NCBI RefSeq assembly: GCF_037042905.1
Contig: NC_087251.1
Span: forward strand, 12,154,001-12,218,000
Length of the DNA stretch: 64,000 nucleotides
Source: Lytechinus pictus
Lineage: Eukaryota
Direction: 5' to 3'
In this document: in pieces, positions 11,761 to 22,706 of the stretch
Layout: each line of letters starts with the position of its first letter
How positions within the stretch are numbered: the stretch's first letter is position 1
Notes under the pieces: model-generated
Told to the model about the DNA's origin: nothing
Databases searched by the model: none
Seen by the model: only the letters and a program-made list of their open reading frames with translations
Program-made: the position numbers and the translations under genes

Positions 11761-12444
11761 TGGCGATTCTCTTTTCGCCTTCCACTCTTCAAACACCTTT
11801 TCGATATGATTCCAATATTCGAAACCACACATGGGCGCTTTCCAAAACGCAAACAACATCCACACGGTTATCAACATGGCATGTAGATAAATTGGTGTTC
11901 CTGAGGCAGAGCTGTTCTGGTTAGTCCGAGGTCCAGAATGCGCCGGGTGTCCAAGTTGGCGGGTTTTATAGCACGCGCTGCTTTTTACTCTTTCTTTAAG
12001 ATTCACCCCCATCATTTCCGGGTTGAAGCGTGGCGTCCCCACGCCGACCCTCATTATCCAATTAAAATCGCGTCCCGCGTTCCATTATCCAATTAAGATG
12101 GCGTCCCCACGCGGAGTCATTATCCAATTAAAATCGCGTCCCGCGCTTCATTATCCAATTAAGATGGCGTCCCCACGCGGAGTCATTATCCAATTAAAAT
12201 CGCGTCCCGCGCTTCATTATCCAATTAAGATGGCGTCCCCACGCGGAGTCATTATCCAATTAAAATCGCTTCCCGCGCTCCATTATCCAATTTCCTGTTT
12301 ACCGCGTACCCAAAGGTCAAAGGTCATGATTGACCGGAAGGTGGGGTCACGGGGTCAACAGTGACCGGAAGTTGGGGTCAAAGGTCATGCGGTCAAAGGT
12401 CATGGGTCAAAGGTCAATTAGGATGAGGTCTATCCCTTAACTAC
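11761..12444. repeat. First tandem re-duplication of the right terminus (copy of ~11143..11761 plus one extra 66-bp unit)
   Basis: After ...TTAACTACT the sequence resumes at (T)GGCGATTCTC (matches 11143) and runs to a second ...TTAACTAC. Confidence 0.9.
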
Positions 12445-13656
12445 GTTTCCCCCAACCGCGTCCAATAGGGGGTTCCGATATATGGCTCCCTCCACCATGC
12501 GAATACTATCCACACCGTGACCAACATCGTTGATAAAATGGAAACAACCAAAATGAATAATAGGGTCTTTGCTTCGTGATACGACGTATTACTGGTTCAA
12601 AAACTTTTTGCGTGTGATTATATAGTAATTGATCGTCATGACTATTTCACGCGGACCCCGCCCGTGTTTAATTAAATTCGCGTTGGGGTCAAAATGACTA
12701 CTATACCTCGAATTTCTAATTTCTCCCCTTCACTAATAAGGATAGCAAACGCTTACCTCGATTTTCATCCCCATCATGTCCCTCCATCGCGTCCATATCA
12801 GACCTCGCGTCCCGTTCTTCATCCTCGATGTTCTCTTCCCGCATCCTCTCCACCACCTCTGCTCTGGCCTGCCTTTGCCGCTCCGTTGCTCTCCTCCTGC
12901 GCTCCTGAAGGAGGCGGAACGTCGCCTCGTCCTCGGCGGTCCACCTTGCTTGACTCATGATTGTCAATAGTTGGCGATTCTCTTTTCGCCTTCCACTCTT
13001 CAAACACCTTTTCGATATGATTCCAATATTCGAAACCACACATGGGCGCTTTCCAAAACGCAAACAACATCCACACGGTTATCAACATGGCATGTAGATA
13101 AATTGGTGTTCCTGAGGCAGAGCTGTTCTGGTTAGTCCGAGGTCCAGAATGCGCCGGGTGTCCAAGTTGGCGGGTTTTATAGCACGCGCTGCTTTTTACT
13201 CTTTCTTTAAGATTCACCCCCATCATTTCCGGGTTGAAGCGTGGCGTCCCCACGCCGACCCTCATTATCCAATTAAAATCGCGTCCCGCGTTCCATTATC
13301 CAATTAAGATGGCGTCCCCACGCGGAGTCATTATCCAATTAAAATCGCGTCCCGCGCTTCATTATCCAATTAAGATGGCGTCCCCACGCGGAGTCATTAT
13401 CCAATTAAAATCGCGTCCCGCGCTTCATTATCCAATTAAGATGGCGTCCCCACGCGGAGTCATTATCCAATTAAAATCGCTTCCCGCGCTCCATTATCCA
13501 ATTTCCTGTTTACCGCGTACCCAAAGGTCAAAGGTCATGATTGACCGGAAGGTGGGGTCACGGGGTCAACAGTGACCGGAAGTTGGGGTCAAAGGTCATG
13601 CGGTCAAAGGTCATGGGTCAAAGGTCAATTAGGATGAGGTCTATCCCTTAACTACT
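12443..13656. repeat. Second tandem re-duplication of the right terminus (copy of ~10615..11761)
   Basis: Resumes at (AC)GTTTCCCCCAACCGCG (matches ~10615) and ends at the true terminus abutting the TSD. Confidence 0.9.
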
Positions 13657-14892
13657 TGAAATAGTGTTTCTTTTTCATGACTACTTAAAGTGGTTGCCCC
13701 ATTTTGTGGTCTTAATATAAAATATTTCCTGTCCGTGCTTACGTTCGCATTAGTGGATTGTTGAGATATGTCTTGGATATGTCTTGGCTTCAGTTCTTAA
13801 AATTTCCCCTTTTCTGATCTGAATATCAAACATTTTCAGCTCGCGCTCGCATCATTTGGTTAGTGAAATACGTATGATCTTCGTGAATTCCTACAAACAA
13901 GCCCCTCTTCAGGTCTGAATTTCCTAAATTTTCAGCTCGCACTTTGCGTATGTTAATAATCATGATTAAAATGACTGCAAGTGCTTCATGTGTTTAGATG
14001 TAATTCTAACAAAATCAGCAAGCGCTTGGCACTCGCATTAGATGACTATGGTGAAATATGTATACTCTTAATGGATTCCTAAAATATAGTTCTTAAAATC
14101 TCCCTGTTTGGGCTCAATATATACCAAAATTTCAGCTCGCTTCGCGCTCGCATTGTTTAGCGAGACATGTACGTATCATGATTAAAAATTTGATTAGAAT
14201 GTTACTTTTTAGGTCTGAATATAAAAAATTTTGAGCTCGCGCTACGCGCTCGCATTATTTGACCAGTGAGATACATATCCGTTTAATGGCACTGTCCTTA
14301 AAAATGTCTCTATAAGGTCAATATACCTGGCAACTGAGCACGCTTTACGCGCTCACTAAGTGACTCAAAATTTTTGCTGGTGCCCCCCCTCCCATGCCGT
14401 GACCCACGGTACGCCACTGCAAGTCTTCATAAATTATGTAGGGTTATTAAGTTGCATTTATTGTTATCTTCATTTGAAAAAAATGTGAAATGTGTTACCA
14501 CTGCAATAATATATAAATAGACTATATTTCAAAAATAGATTGAATTCTAACCATAGTGACAGTAGACAAATCAAATTTTGTTAATGATTTGCTTATGTAT
14601 TGATTGGGGAAGGCACTCTTTAGGTAGATTCTGGCATTGTGTCCCCCCCCCCCCTTATGAGGAGTGCTCTCACATCAGTAGACTATTTCTTGTCAGCAAA
14701 TTTGAAAGGAATTTATCAATTTTTTTGAGTGACAAACTTTTGTGGAAAAAGATAAACAAATATCAAAGATTTTTATGCTCTTTTATGGAATATTAACTAT
14801 AGGCTCATCGAGATCCTTTGAATGAAATTTTAACAAACATTGTACAATGTAGAAAAATGTACTTAATCCTATTTTTAGAAAGTAAAAAAGGG

Positions 14893-14931
14893 GCCTAAGC
14901 TTTCGATCCTAGCAGAATCTTCGTCGGAGGC
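14893..14931 (-). ncRNA. Minimal type-I hammerhead ribozyme-like motif, probably from a Penelope-like retroelement remnant
   Basis: Minus strand reads GCCT-CCGACGAA-GATTCT-gct-AGGATC-GAAAGCTT-AGGC: stem I GCCT/AGGC, core C(U>C)GACGA, stem II, GAAA, palindromic AAGCTT stem III. One core substitution. Confidence 0.5.
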
Positions 14932-17199
14932 AAAATGACAAACATATAAAGTGGAACAACCATAATATAGACCACAAACAAGCTACAGCAACACTAGAAA
15001 CAAGGAGACAAAAGGGGCATTAGTGAGTAGAGAAGACCAATCAGGTTAGTGAAGGGGATGAAAGAAAAGGAGTAGGCAGACACAAAGGGAAGTTAGTGTA
15101 AGTAAGGCCAAGAGGGATTAAGATAATGAGGCAGGCAACATCAAACAGGATCTGGAACAAAACAGTGATAGAGGGATGAATAACTAGAGAATTAGTGAGA
15201 GGTGGGTCAAACAGGTTACAAAGAAAGGCATAATAAACTGGTGCATAAGAGTGGGGGAAAAAAAGGAAAAGAATGGGGAGCAACTGATAATGTGCAAAAG
15301 ACATATAAATATATATGATAAAGCATTAAACAAACTAAGAGAAGAAGGTAAGTGTAAATATGTATCTATAAGTGATATGTATATAAATATATCCAAAAAA
15401 GAAATGTATATGAAAAAATATAAATACACATATGGTGTAACTGATATTGTAATCCGCTAGGTGTGACGGGAAAAAAACATAGGACTATACAGTAGGAAAA
15501 AAAAACCTGTATATGTGAAAAAGAGGAAGCAAATTGCCTAAAAAGGTAAAAGCAAATATAGAAGAGAGGGGTGTATTATGAAGAAACCATAGTATACATG
15601 TAAATAAGCAAATGTGGTAAATCTAAAAGAGGTGAGTGGAGAAAAAAAAAATATATATATAATAATTATTATATCGCCTGAATAAGGAAGGAAAAATCCT
15701 ATTTTTGTACATTTATATACCCACCCCAAAAAATCCTATTTTTGTACATTTATATACCCACCCCATACTACCCCTACCCAGTAACAGCCCTTTTTAGCTA
15801 TGCATTGCCTTCATTTTTTAAAATACAATTTAATGCTTGGTAGACGCTAATTATTATTTTTATGTTAATGTCAATGTTTTAGAAAATGGATTCCTTAATA
15901 AACATGTTAATTTTGAATTGAATTTTTAGATCTTGGTAATTTTCATTTATCAATTAAGTGTGATGATATATTGCTTCTGAGCTGTTATGCACAAATGGCA
16001 CAAGATGTTGCACTGTACTGAAATGTGATGATGGCACTGTACTGAAATGTGATGATGCCGCTGTTACATGAGATCAAACAGCAGTCAATTAAAATATTAT
16101 TCAAGAGAAATAAGGATAAGAGTGGGAAAGAAAGTAAAATGACAGGAGAATTATTTGCTTGTATGCAAATAGTTATGTCAGTTTCTGAGAGAGAGACAGA
16201 CAGAAAGAGAGAGAGAGATGGGGGGGGGGTGAAAGTTCAGTTTCTTTTACTGTTCATGACGGGTAACGGGGGGGGGGCTAATTATTTCTCCAAATATTTG
16301 AAACCAACATATAAAATGTATTTTTTCTTTCCATATGAAAATTGCACCAGATTCATTTTCAGTTGAAAATAAAAAAGAAATACGTTTTAGCCTACGATCG
16401 GTTTGCTCTCTTGCCTATTTAATTTTGAGAACCCCCTCCCCCTTAAAATATGGTATATACCTAGGTCATGATTATTGATGTTTGACATAGAAGTCGCCAT
16501 TTAAAATTAAGTGCTCCGAGGACTGCTATTCATAATAGGACTTATATTGGAGACTACAATTATGGAATAGAATTTGATTTGTTATTATCTTTGTTTATAT
16601 TATGAAAAAAGGTTCATTTCGTTTTCTGCAATATAAAGAAAAAATGGCTCCAGAAAAATAAAGAGATGTCATCGTATATGGCAACATTTTCTTTGGGAAC
16701 CTCCTCTGTAATATTTTTTAGCAAAGATCCTGGCCATTTGCAGCTAAAACAAAGCAAAGATGCAGTAATAATCGTAACAGGCAATAACAAATAGATCATT
16801 AAAATAGATGAATAATAGAACTCTGAGGAGAAAAAAAAACGAATGAGATGACATGATGTAATCACAGACACCAACGATGTTAAATCAGGTCACGCATTAT
16901 GCTAATTAGTGACAAAATACTAATTTACATATTTTTATGCTTTGCGCGAAGGACGTTCCATGACCACGCCTTCATTTCGCTGGTGTACCAAAACAGTGGC
17001 GGTGTCCATAGGCTTGTTCACGAAAAATGGGAGCAGTGTGCACTTTTGACCCTCCAAAATTTTCCCCAATTCTGACCGGATGCAGAAGCGGAGTTTCACC
17101 CCCCTGTGGATATGTTAGTGTTCCTATATAGGATATGTGTGCGCGCGGGGGCATCGGTACGGTCCGATAGGGTTTGCCCCTTTCAATAAAAATCGTCCA

Positions 17200-17563
17200 G
17201 GACGTGGACTACGCTTGCACAAGTTAAGGGTATCAAAAACACTGATTTTTTAGAAGGGGTAGTTTTGAAAGACTGGTCAATGGTCAATCGCAGGGTCAAA
17301 CGTATTTAGGGTATGTTTTTTATTCCAAAGCTTTTTTTAAGACTAGCCAAACGTGTTAAGGGTATGTTTTTTTCCCCAAGCTGTTTCCCCGGCGTAATAT
17401 TCTGGTGACAACTTGTTTAGGGGCCAAAATGTGTAAATAAAGCCCGCGAAATTAAGGGGTTATTTTGCGCACAGAGAAAAACTTGTTTAGGGGTGTTTGG
17501 AAATAATTTGGCCACGCGTGCGTATTAATACATTTGACTGGCGTCCCCCCCCCCCCCCCCGGG
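17200..17563. mobile_element. Fragment of a CCCGGGG-terminated non-autonomous DNA element; second copy at ~18072..19050
   Basis: Shared AGGGGTAGTTTTGAAAGACTGGTCAATGGTCAATCGCA and repeated TTGTTTAGGGG motifs; poly-C plus GGG end. Confidence 0.55.
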
Positions 17564-17717
17564 GAGGGAGGGGCAATGCTCTTGAATGGGGGGGATTCGA
17601 CCCCTTTTAAATGTGCAGCCTATATGCCTTGTGTCCTGAAGGCACGAAACTGAAAATTTTATATGTGCTAGTCTTTGCGTGGAGACACTGTTTGATCAAA
17701 GTTTCAACCCGGGTAGA

Positions 17718-17965
17718 CAGGGGCGGATCCAGGATTTTCAAAAAGGGGGGGGCAGACTTTAAGGAGGAAAATTTTGACAAGCCCCCCCAAAAAAAGGTTT
17801 TCAACCACAAATTAAGGATATTTCGTGCCCAAAAAATGTGACAAAAAAAAGGTCTTCAATTTCAAAAGAGGGGGCACACCTCGGTTTTAACGGCATTTTT
17901 ACATACCAAATTTTAATTTTGCTTCTCAAAAGGAGGGGGGGGCACATCCCCCCTGGATCTGCGGA
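17718..17965. mobile_element. MITE with CAGGGGCGGATCCAGG terminus; related end at 46799
   Basis: CAGGGGCGGATCCAGGATTTT...CCCCCTGGATCTGC. Confidence 0.6.
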
Positions 17966-18184
17966 GGACTGCAAAGGGGCCACTCACACTAGTACGAGGT
18001 TAATTAGTATGCAAAGGGGCTGGCACTGCTACTTAAAAGTTGCTTACAGTGTGACTAGGTGATGTATTTTCTCGGGGGGGGGGGGGGGGGCAGTAAAATA
18101 TATTGCTGTACACACGCATGACCAAAAAACGCGTTTAAGGGGTGTTTTTTCTCAGTTTTGGATGCGGGCCGTGCATGCACTCGT

Positions 18185-18751
18185 TTAAGGGATGGTCCGG
18201 GCTGAAAATATTTATAGCTTAATACATAGAGTAGAATTCACTGCGCAAAATGCCAAAAACTTCATCAAAATCGGATAACAAATAATAAAGTTATTACAGT
18301 TAAAAATTTTGCAGTATGTTACAGTCGTCATGAATATTCATTAGGTCGGCTGATGATGTAATTTCTCCACTTTCCGTTTTCTTATGTTATTACATAAAAT
18401 CATATTTTTTTCATTATTTCATACTTGTGTGAATAATTTGTCTCCCTTATAATGAAATAAGTTGCAGCAATAAATATCTAATGCACTAAATCAGTTGTCA
18501 ATCCACTTTTCTAGTTCTTGGGCAAAAAAATTGAATAAACTTAATTTCACATAATAAAATACAAAAGAACAAGTGGAGATGTGACATCATCAGCCCACCT
18601 AATGAATATTCATGACGACTGTTTTCACAAAATATTGCTAAACTTTGAAATTCAATAACTTTATTTGTTATCCGATTTTCGGCATTTTGCTCAGTGAATT
18701 CTACTCTATTTATTAAGCTATACATACTTTCAGCCCGGACCATCCCTTTAA
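18185..18751. mobile_element. Full palindromic T2/Kolobok-type MITE inserted into the ~18072..19050 element
   Basis: TTAAGGGATGGTCCGGGCTGAAA...TTTCAGCCCGGACCATCCCTTTAA; flanks rejoin to match the uninterrupted copy near 17215..17240. Confidence 0.85.
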
Positions 18752-19530
18752 AGGTAACAAAAACACAGATTAAAAAAAAAAGGGGTAGTTTTGAAAGACT
18801 GGTCAATGGTCAATCGCAAGGTACTAGGGTCAAACGTATTTAGGGTATGTTTTTTTCCAAAGCTTTTTTTTAAGACTAGCCAAACATGGTTTTTTCACCC
18901 CCGGGATCATATTCTGGCCACAACTTGTTTAGGGGCCAAAATAAATATAACCTGCAAAAAACTTGTTTAGGGGGTTATTTTGCACACAGAGAAAAACTTT
19001 ATTTAGGGGGTGTTTGGAAATAATTTGGCCACGTGTGTGTACAGCAATACATTTTTTTTCTTACATCTAAACACTCATTCAATGAACAAGGTTATGATAT
19101 AACCTTGTTCTCTGTTGTATCTCCATGTGTGGCAAAATAAGGGTGGCAATGTTTGGCTTATTTTCTCTTTTTCTTGCCATACATACTTTCCAACAATAGA
19201 AGGCGTACACAAAAATATGCCAAAAATTCAAGTTTTTGAGCGCTCTGGTGAATACAAAAATTATTACCAAGTTACTAATGAAAAATAAATTGCAACTGTA
19301 AGGAAATTAGTAATTTTGGTCACAAAAGTGATATTTTAATGATGTTTTAAAGTGTGTGCTCTGTACAGCATTGGCATACCATACTATAGTCCTACCCACT
19401 CACACGTATTGCGAGGTTAGTACCGGGTATTATTATAGTTTATACTACCTGTAGATTCCCCACGGTACCCACAGGCCACACCACAGGCAGGATGGAGGAA
19501 GCTGCAGTGGACAAGTGCATCTAAATACTA

Positions 19531-19643
19531 TCATGACTTAGTCTTGAGGACGCAATGATGATGACTTTGTAAATACTGTCATGAAGAAGTATATGACAGC
19601 ATTTAAAAAGTCATAATCATTGCGTCCTCAAGACTAATCATGA
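19531..19643. repeat. ~113-bp imperfect hairpin (mini-MITE)
   Basis: TCATGACTTAGTCTTGAGGACGCAATGAT... pairs with ...ATCATTGCGTCCTCAAGACTAATCATGA. Confidence 0.8.
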
Positions 19644-19649
19644 CTATAC

Positions 19650-20331
19650 TAGGGTGTCTGAAGCCACACTGAAAAGTGTCAGCATAAAACAGGCTGATTT
19701 AGGGGAAAATATGGCACATTTTTTCGGGGAAGTTCAGGCTACTAGAAAAATGTGATCTGAATTGATTATCAACTTGTGTTTGGCATGTATGGAAAGAGAA
19801 AATTCAGGGGCTTCTTTTGACAGAAAGGACAAGTTTATAGGATCATTTTAAATAAGGATTTAGAGATAAATTGCAAACCCTTATTTTTGTGTGTGTTGAG
19901 ATTGCCATTTCTCCATGCGTTTTCTATGGGAAAATGAAATTTCTGTTTTGCACAATTTTTTTCACTTTGTCGCAATTTTTCATTGTGATCTGGTTTCCAA
20001 ATCTTTATAAAAATCATACCATCAGATAGAGCATAAAAAATCCTATTGGACTCTTTATGGACAAGTTTTTGGCATTAATAATAAATTTAAAACAGCTCTC
20101 GGAAGCTAAAAATTTGGATTTGTGTGTGTCCATTTCTTAACTACACAGTCTATGGCAGAGAAATGCTGAAAAATGACCTAATTTCATTCTTATTTTTTGC
20201 AGCCAATAATTGGATTTTTTTCAAAAATGTTACATTTCTGTCAGTCTGAACGTCATTTCTCTTCAAATTCACAAAGAAAATGTGATATTTTCTTGAAATA
20301 AGAAAAATAATTTTTTTCTCCAGACACCCTA
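19650..20331. mobile_element. Non-autonomous TIR element with TAGGGTGTCTG...CAGACACCCTA ends
   Basis: 11-bp perfect TIR; TSD not resolved. Confidence 0.55.
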
Positions 20332-21200
20332 ACTAAGTCTATACCATGTATACTGTCTATACTAATACTATACAGACTACTAGTACTACTACTAGTACTA
20401 TTTAGTAGTTTTTAGTAGTAGTACAAAGTCTAAATTTCAAGGCTCACCGTAATTCTAAATCGTTGCTTCTCTTGTTTGGTCGGAGATGAGGTGCTATACA
20501 TCGAGGAAATTAATATACAGATTCACCTTACTGCGGCAGCCCCATCATATACCGGTAATAGGCACAGAGATAGCCCGAGCACAGTACTGTCGATCTGAAG
20601 ACGTGTCGAGGTCCCGGCGCGCCCGGGGCAAAGATTCACACCAGCATTGTACCCTGTCTACTTTATACCGGTAGCCTAACTGATCTCTATGCAGCTAGCT
20701 CTGGGTTCACCGCGGCCATATAACAAGGATACTTTCTCAACGTCTTTTCGAATAATGTAACTAAGGGAAACCAAAGAGTTCCTTGGGCAACAAATGTTCC
20801 AAATGCTTTTTGAAAGCAATTCCTAGCTGTCTGCTTTCAGATGTCATCATTGGTGGCTTCTCGTGTTCAGTGTGGCCATGGCCGTGTAGTGACTAGTGGT
20901 AATTCATATATTCCAATATACAGTTAACTCTATGGGTAATTCCCACACGATCCCACATGCTGTCTCGATCACCGCACTAATGTTTAGTTAGTCTGCAGGC
21001 ACAGACCCTTGATTTCGCAAATCGCCTAGTTCGTAGCCTAATGCAGAGACTGAAGTAGTGGGACTAGATTGATTGATTGAAGTTTACTATATGAACTTTC
21101 CATTGGTTGTTTACTGCTGATAAATGTTTTTTTTTTAATTGTTCTTTAAGATTTCATGCACTAAACAGTTAATACTGTGGGACTATTGTGGTGGACAGTG

Positions 21201-21889
21201 CCCGCGGGGGGGGGGGGGGGCACTTACATTGACGAGTGGATACCATGCGCGACCAAAAAAACACGTAAAAAGGATGTCTTTTTCATGATAGGGCACGTTA
21301 CGTACGTAACGTGATAAGGGTGTCAAAAACACAAAAATATTGAAAAAAAGGGTATCTATTTTGCTCGGAAAAATATACGTGTTAAGGGTCAAATATGCAG
21401 GGATGATAAAACAAAGTCAAAATGTTTTATAAATGATGTCCTTTTTGCCACAACACTACGTGTTTAGAGTCCGATTTGCGCGAGGTGTGGAAGGTGGGGC
21501 CGTACTAAACCAAAATAATGGTGTCTAAAGGTAAAGCCGACGACCGACGGACTCGTGACATAACAATAAAATACCTCTGTAATTGTTTAGGGGTTCATTT
21601 CAGGGAATACTTGCTAAGAGTATCGTTTTGTTTCCAATACTTTAAGGGGTGCATTTTCAGAATAAGGAAAATACATCGCTGTACTTGTTTAGGGGTTCAT
21701 TTCAGGGAATACTTGCCAAGAGTATCGTTTTGTTTCCAATACTTGTTAAGGGTACGGTTTCACACGCCAATAATTGGTGAATTTTCAGAATATGGAAAAT
21801 ACGTGTTAAGGGTGCTTTTCAAGACCCCGTGGTCGCGCATGGTATCCACTCGTCAATGGTTAAGTGCCCCCCCCCCCCCCGGGGGGGGG
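21201..21889. mobile_element. CCC(G)n-terminated TIR element; inverted relatives at ~54101..54656 and ~55057..55425
   Basis: GGGGCACTTACATTGACGAGTGGATACCATGCGCGACC / GGTCGCGCATGGTATCCACTCGTCAATGGTTAAGTGCCCC; GGACAGTG on both flanks. Confidence 0.75.
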
Positions 21890-22706
21890 GGACAGTGTTG
21901 GGGAAAAATAGTGGGGACCTGGGGAACGTTTCCACTGTTTAAGCAACTGGTTTTTAAACTGTTCTTCGAAAAAAATCTGCTGAATTGTTATCGTTTTCAT
22001 AAGGTATAATCAACGATTTTGTATAAGGGGGAAATGCAAAGTATTCTTATTCCCCCTTATCACGTGGCCTGGTCTGTAGCATTCTCAATTACATCCGTTT
22101 TTTACATTTCTTTTTTATTTCTTTTTTTTATTTCATTTTTTCTCTTGTTTGTTTCATTTGTTTTTCGTTTCCCCCTCTTCTATCCTTTAACATTCACCAT
22201 GTTCACATAGTAGTAATGATCGTTTTCGTAGCTGGTCTGGTGGCAGTTTATAATCACTCGCGTCGCGTGCGGGTTCCTAATCACTCGCGTTTTGAATTTT
22301 TGGCGATTTTTTTTTATTTCGGTGCGATTTTTTTTTAACGGTGTCTTCAATGGGACAGACATGCAGGGAAAATAAAATGAAATTGAAATTCGAGTTTCGT
22401 TTTAAGCCGGCAATTAAGTGCCTTAAAATAAAATGTACTCTACTACTGTTTTAACATAACAAACAAGCAAATCAGCCATGTGGCTCAACTAACTTAGAAT
22501 AGATCCGGACTTCTACTGTGTCTTATACGAGGACTCCGAGTCGGAACTTGCCATATCTGCCACATCGATATTGCATCGATCGTATCATTCCCATATGCGG
22601 ACATGCCTGCATGCAATGGCCCCAAGGCGGCCGGACCCGGCCGCGGTCGGACACGACGTGCATTATAGCATGGAGCAAGCTAACGTGAGTCGAGCTGAGT
22701 TAGATC

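Larger units (their letters stand above)
4867..11761. repeat. Giant inverted repeat: left arm 4867..~8150, right arm 8627..11761
   Basis: ORF track is mirrored (7355..8053- equals 8736..9434+; 5554..5901+ equals 10887..11234-); only a few substitutions and indels between the inner arms. Confidence 0.95.
4867..13656. mobile_element. Non-autonomous Polinton/Maverick-like element with fold-back (palindromic) body and triplicated right terminus
   Basis: 5' AGTAGTTAAGGGATAGACC... / ...GGTCTATCCCTTAACTACT 3'; 6-bp TSD TGAAAT at 4861..4866 and 13657..13662; long TIRs containing tandem repeats. AGTAGT ends with a 6-bp TSD are established Polinton hallmarks. No polymerase, integrase or capsid ORF present. 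Confidence 0.85.
4513..14419. mobile_element. Non-autonomous hAT-type element (~1.1 kb) interrupted by the Polinton-like insertion
   Basis: TIR CAGTGGCGTA (4513) / TACGCCACTG (ends 14419); perfect 8-bp TSD CAAGTCTT at 4505..4512 and 14420..14427; internal GCGCTCGCATT subrepeats. Confidence 0.85.

Noticed and set aside
11405..13575. MASPRGVIIQLKSRP repeat ORFs
   Set aside because: Frame-preserving 66-bp tandem units of the TIR; length varies with copy number and there is no coding evidence.
4867..13656. Palindrome as a pure sequencing or assembly fold-back artefact
   Set aside because: Considered unlikely but not excluded: both ends rejoin the host hAT element with a perfect 6-bp TSD, the host's own TSD is intact, the loop contains unique sequence, and the left and right ends carry distinct consistent variants.
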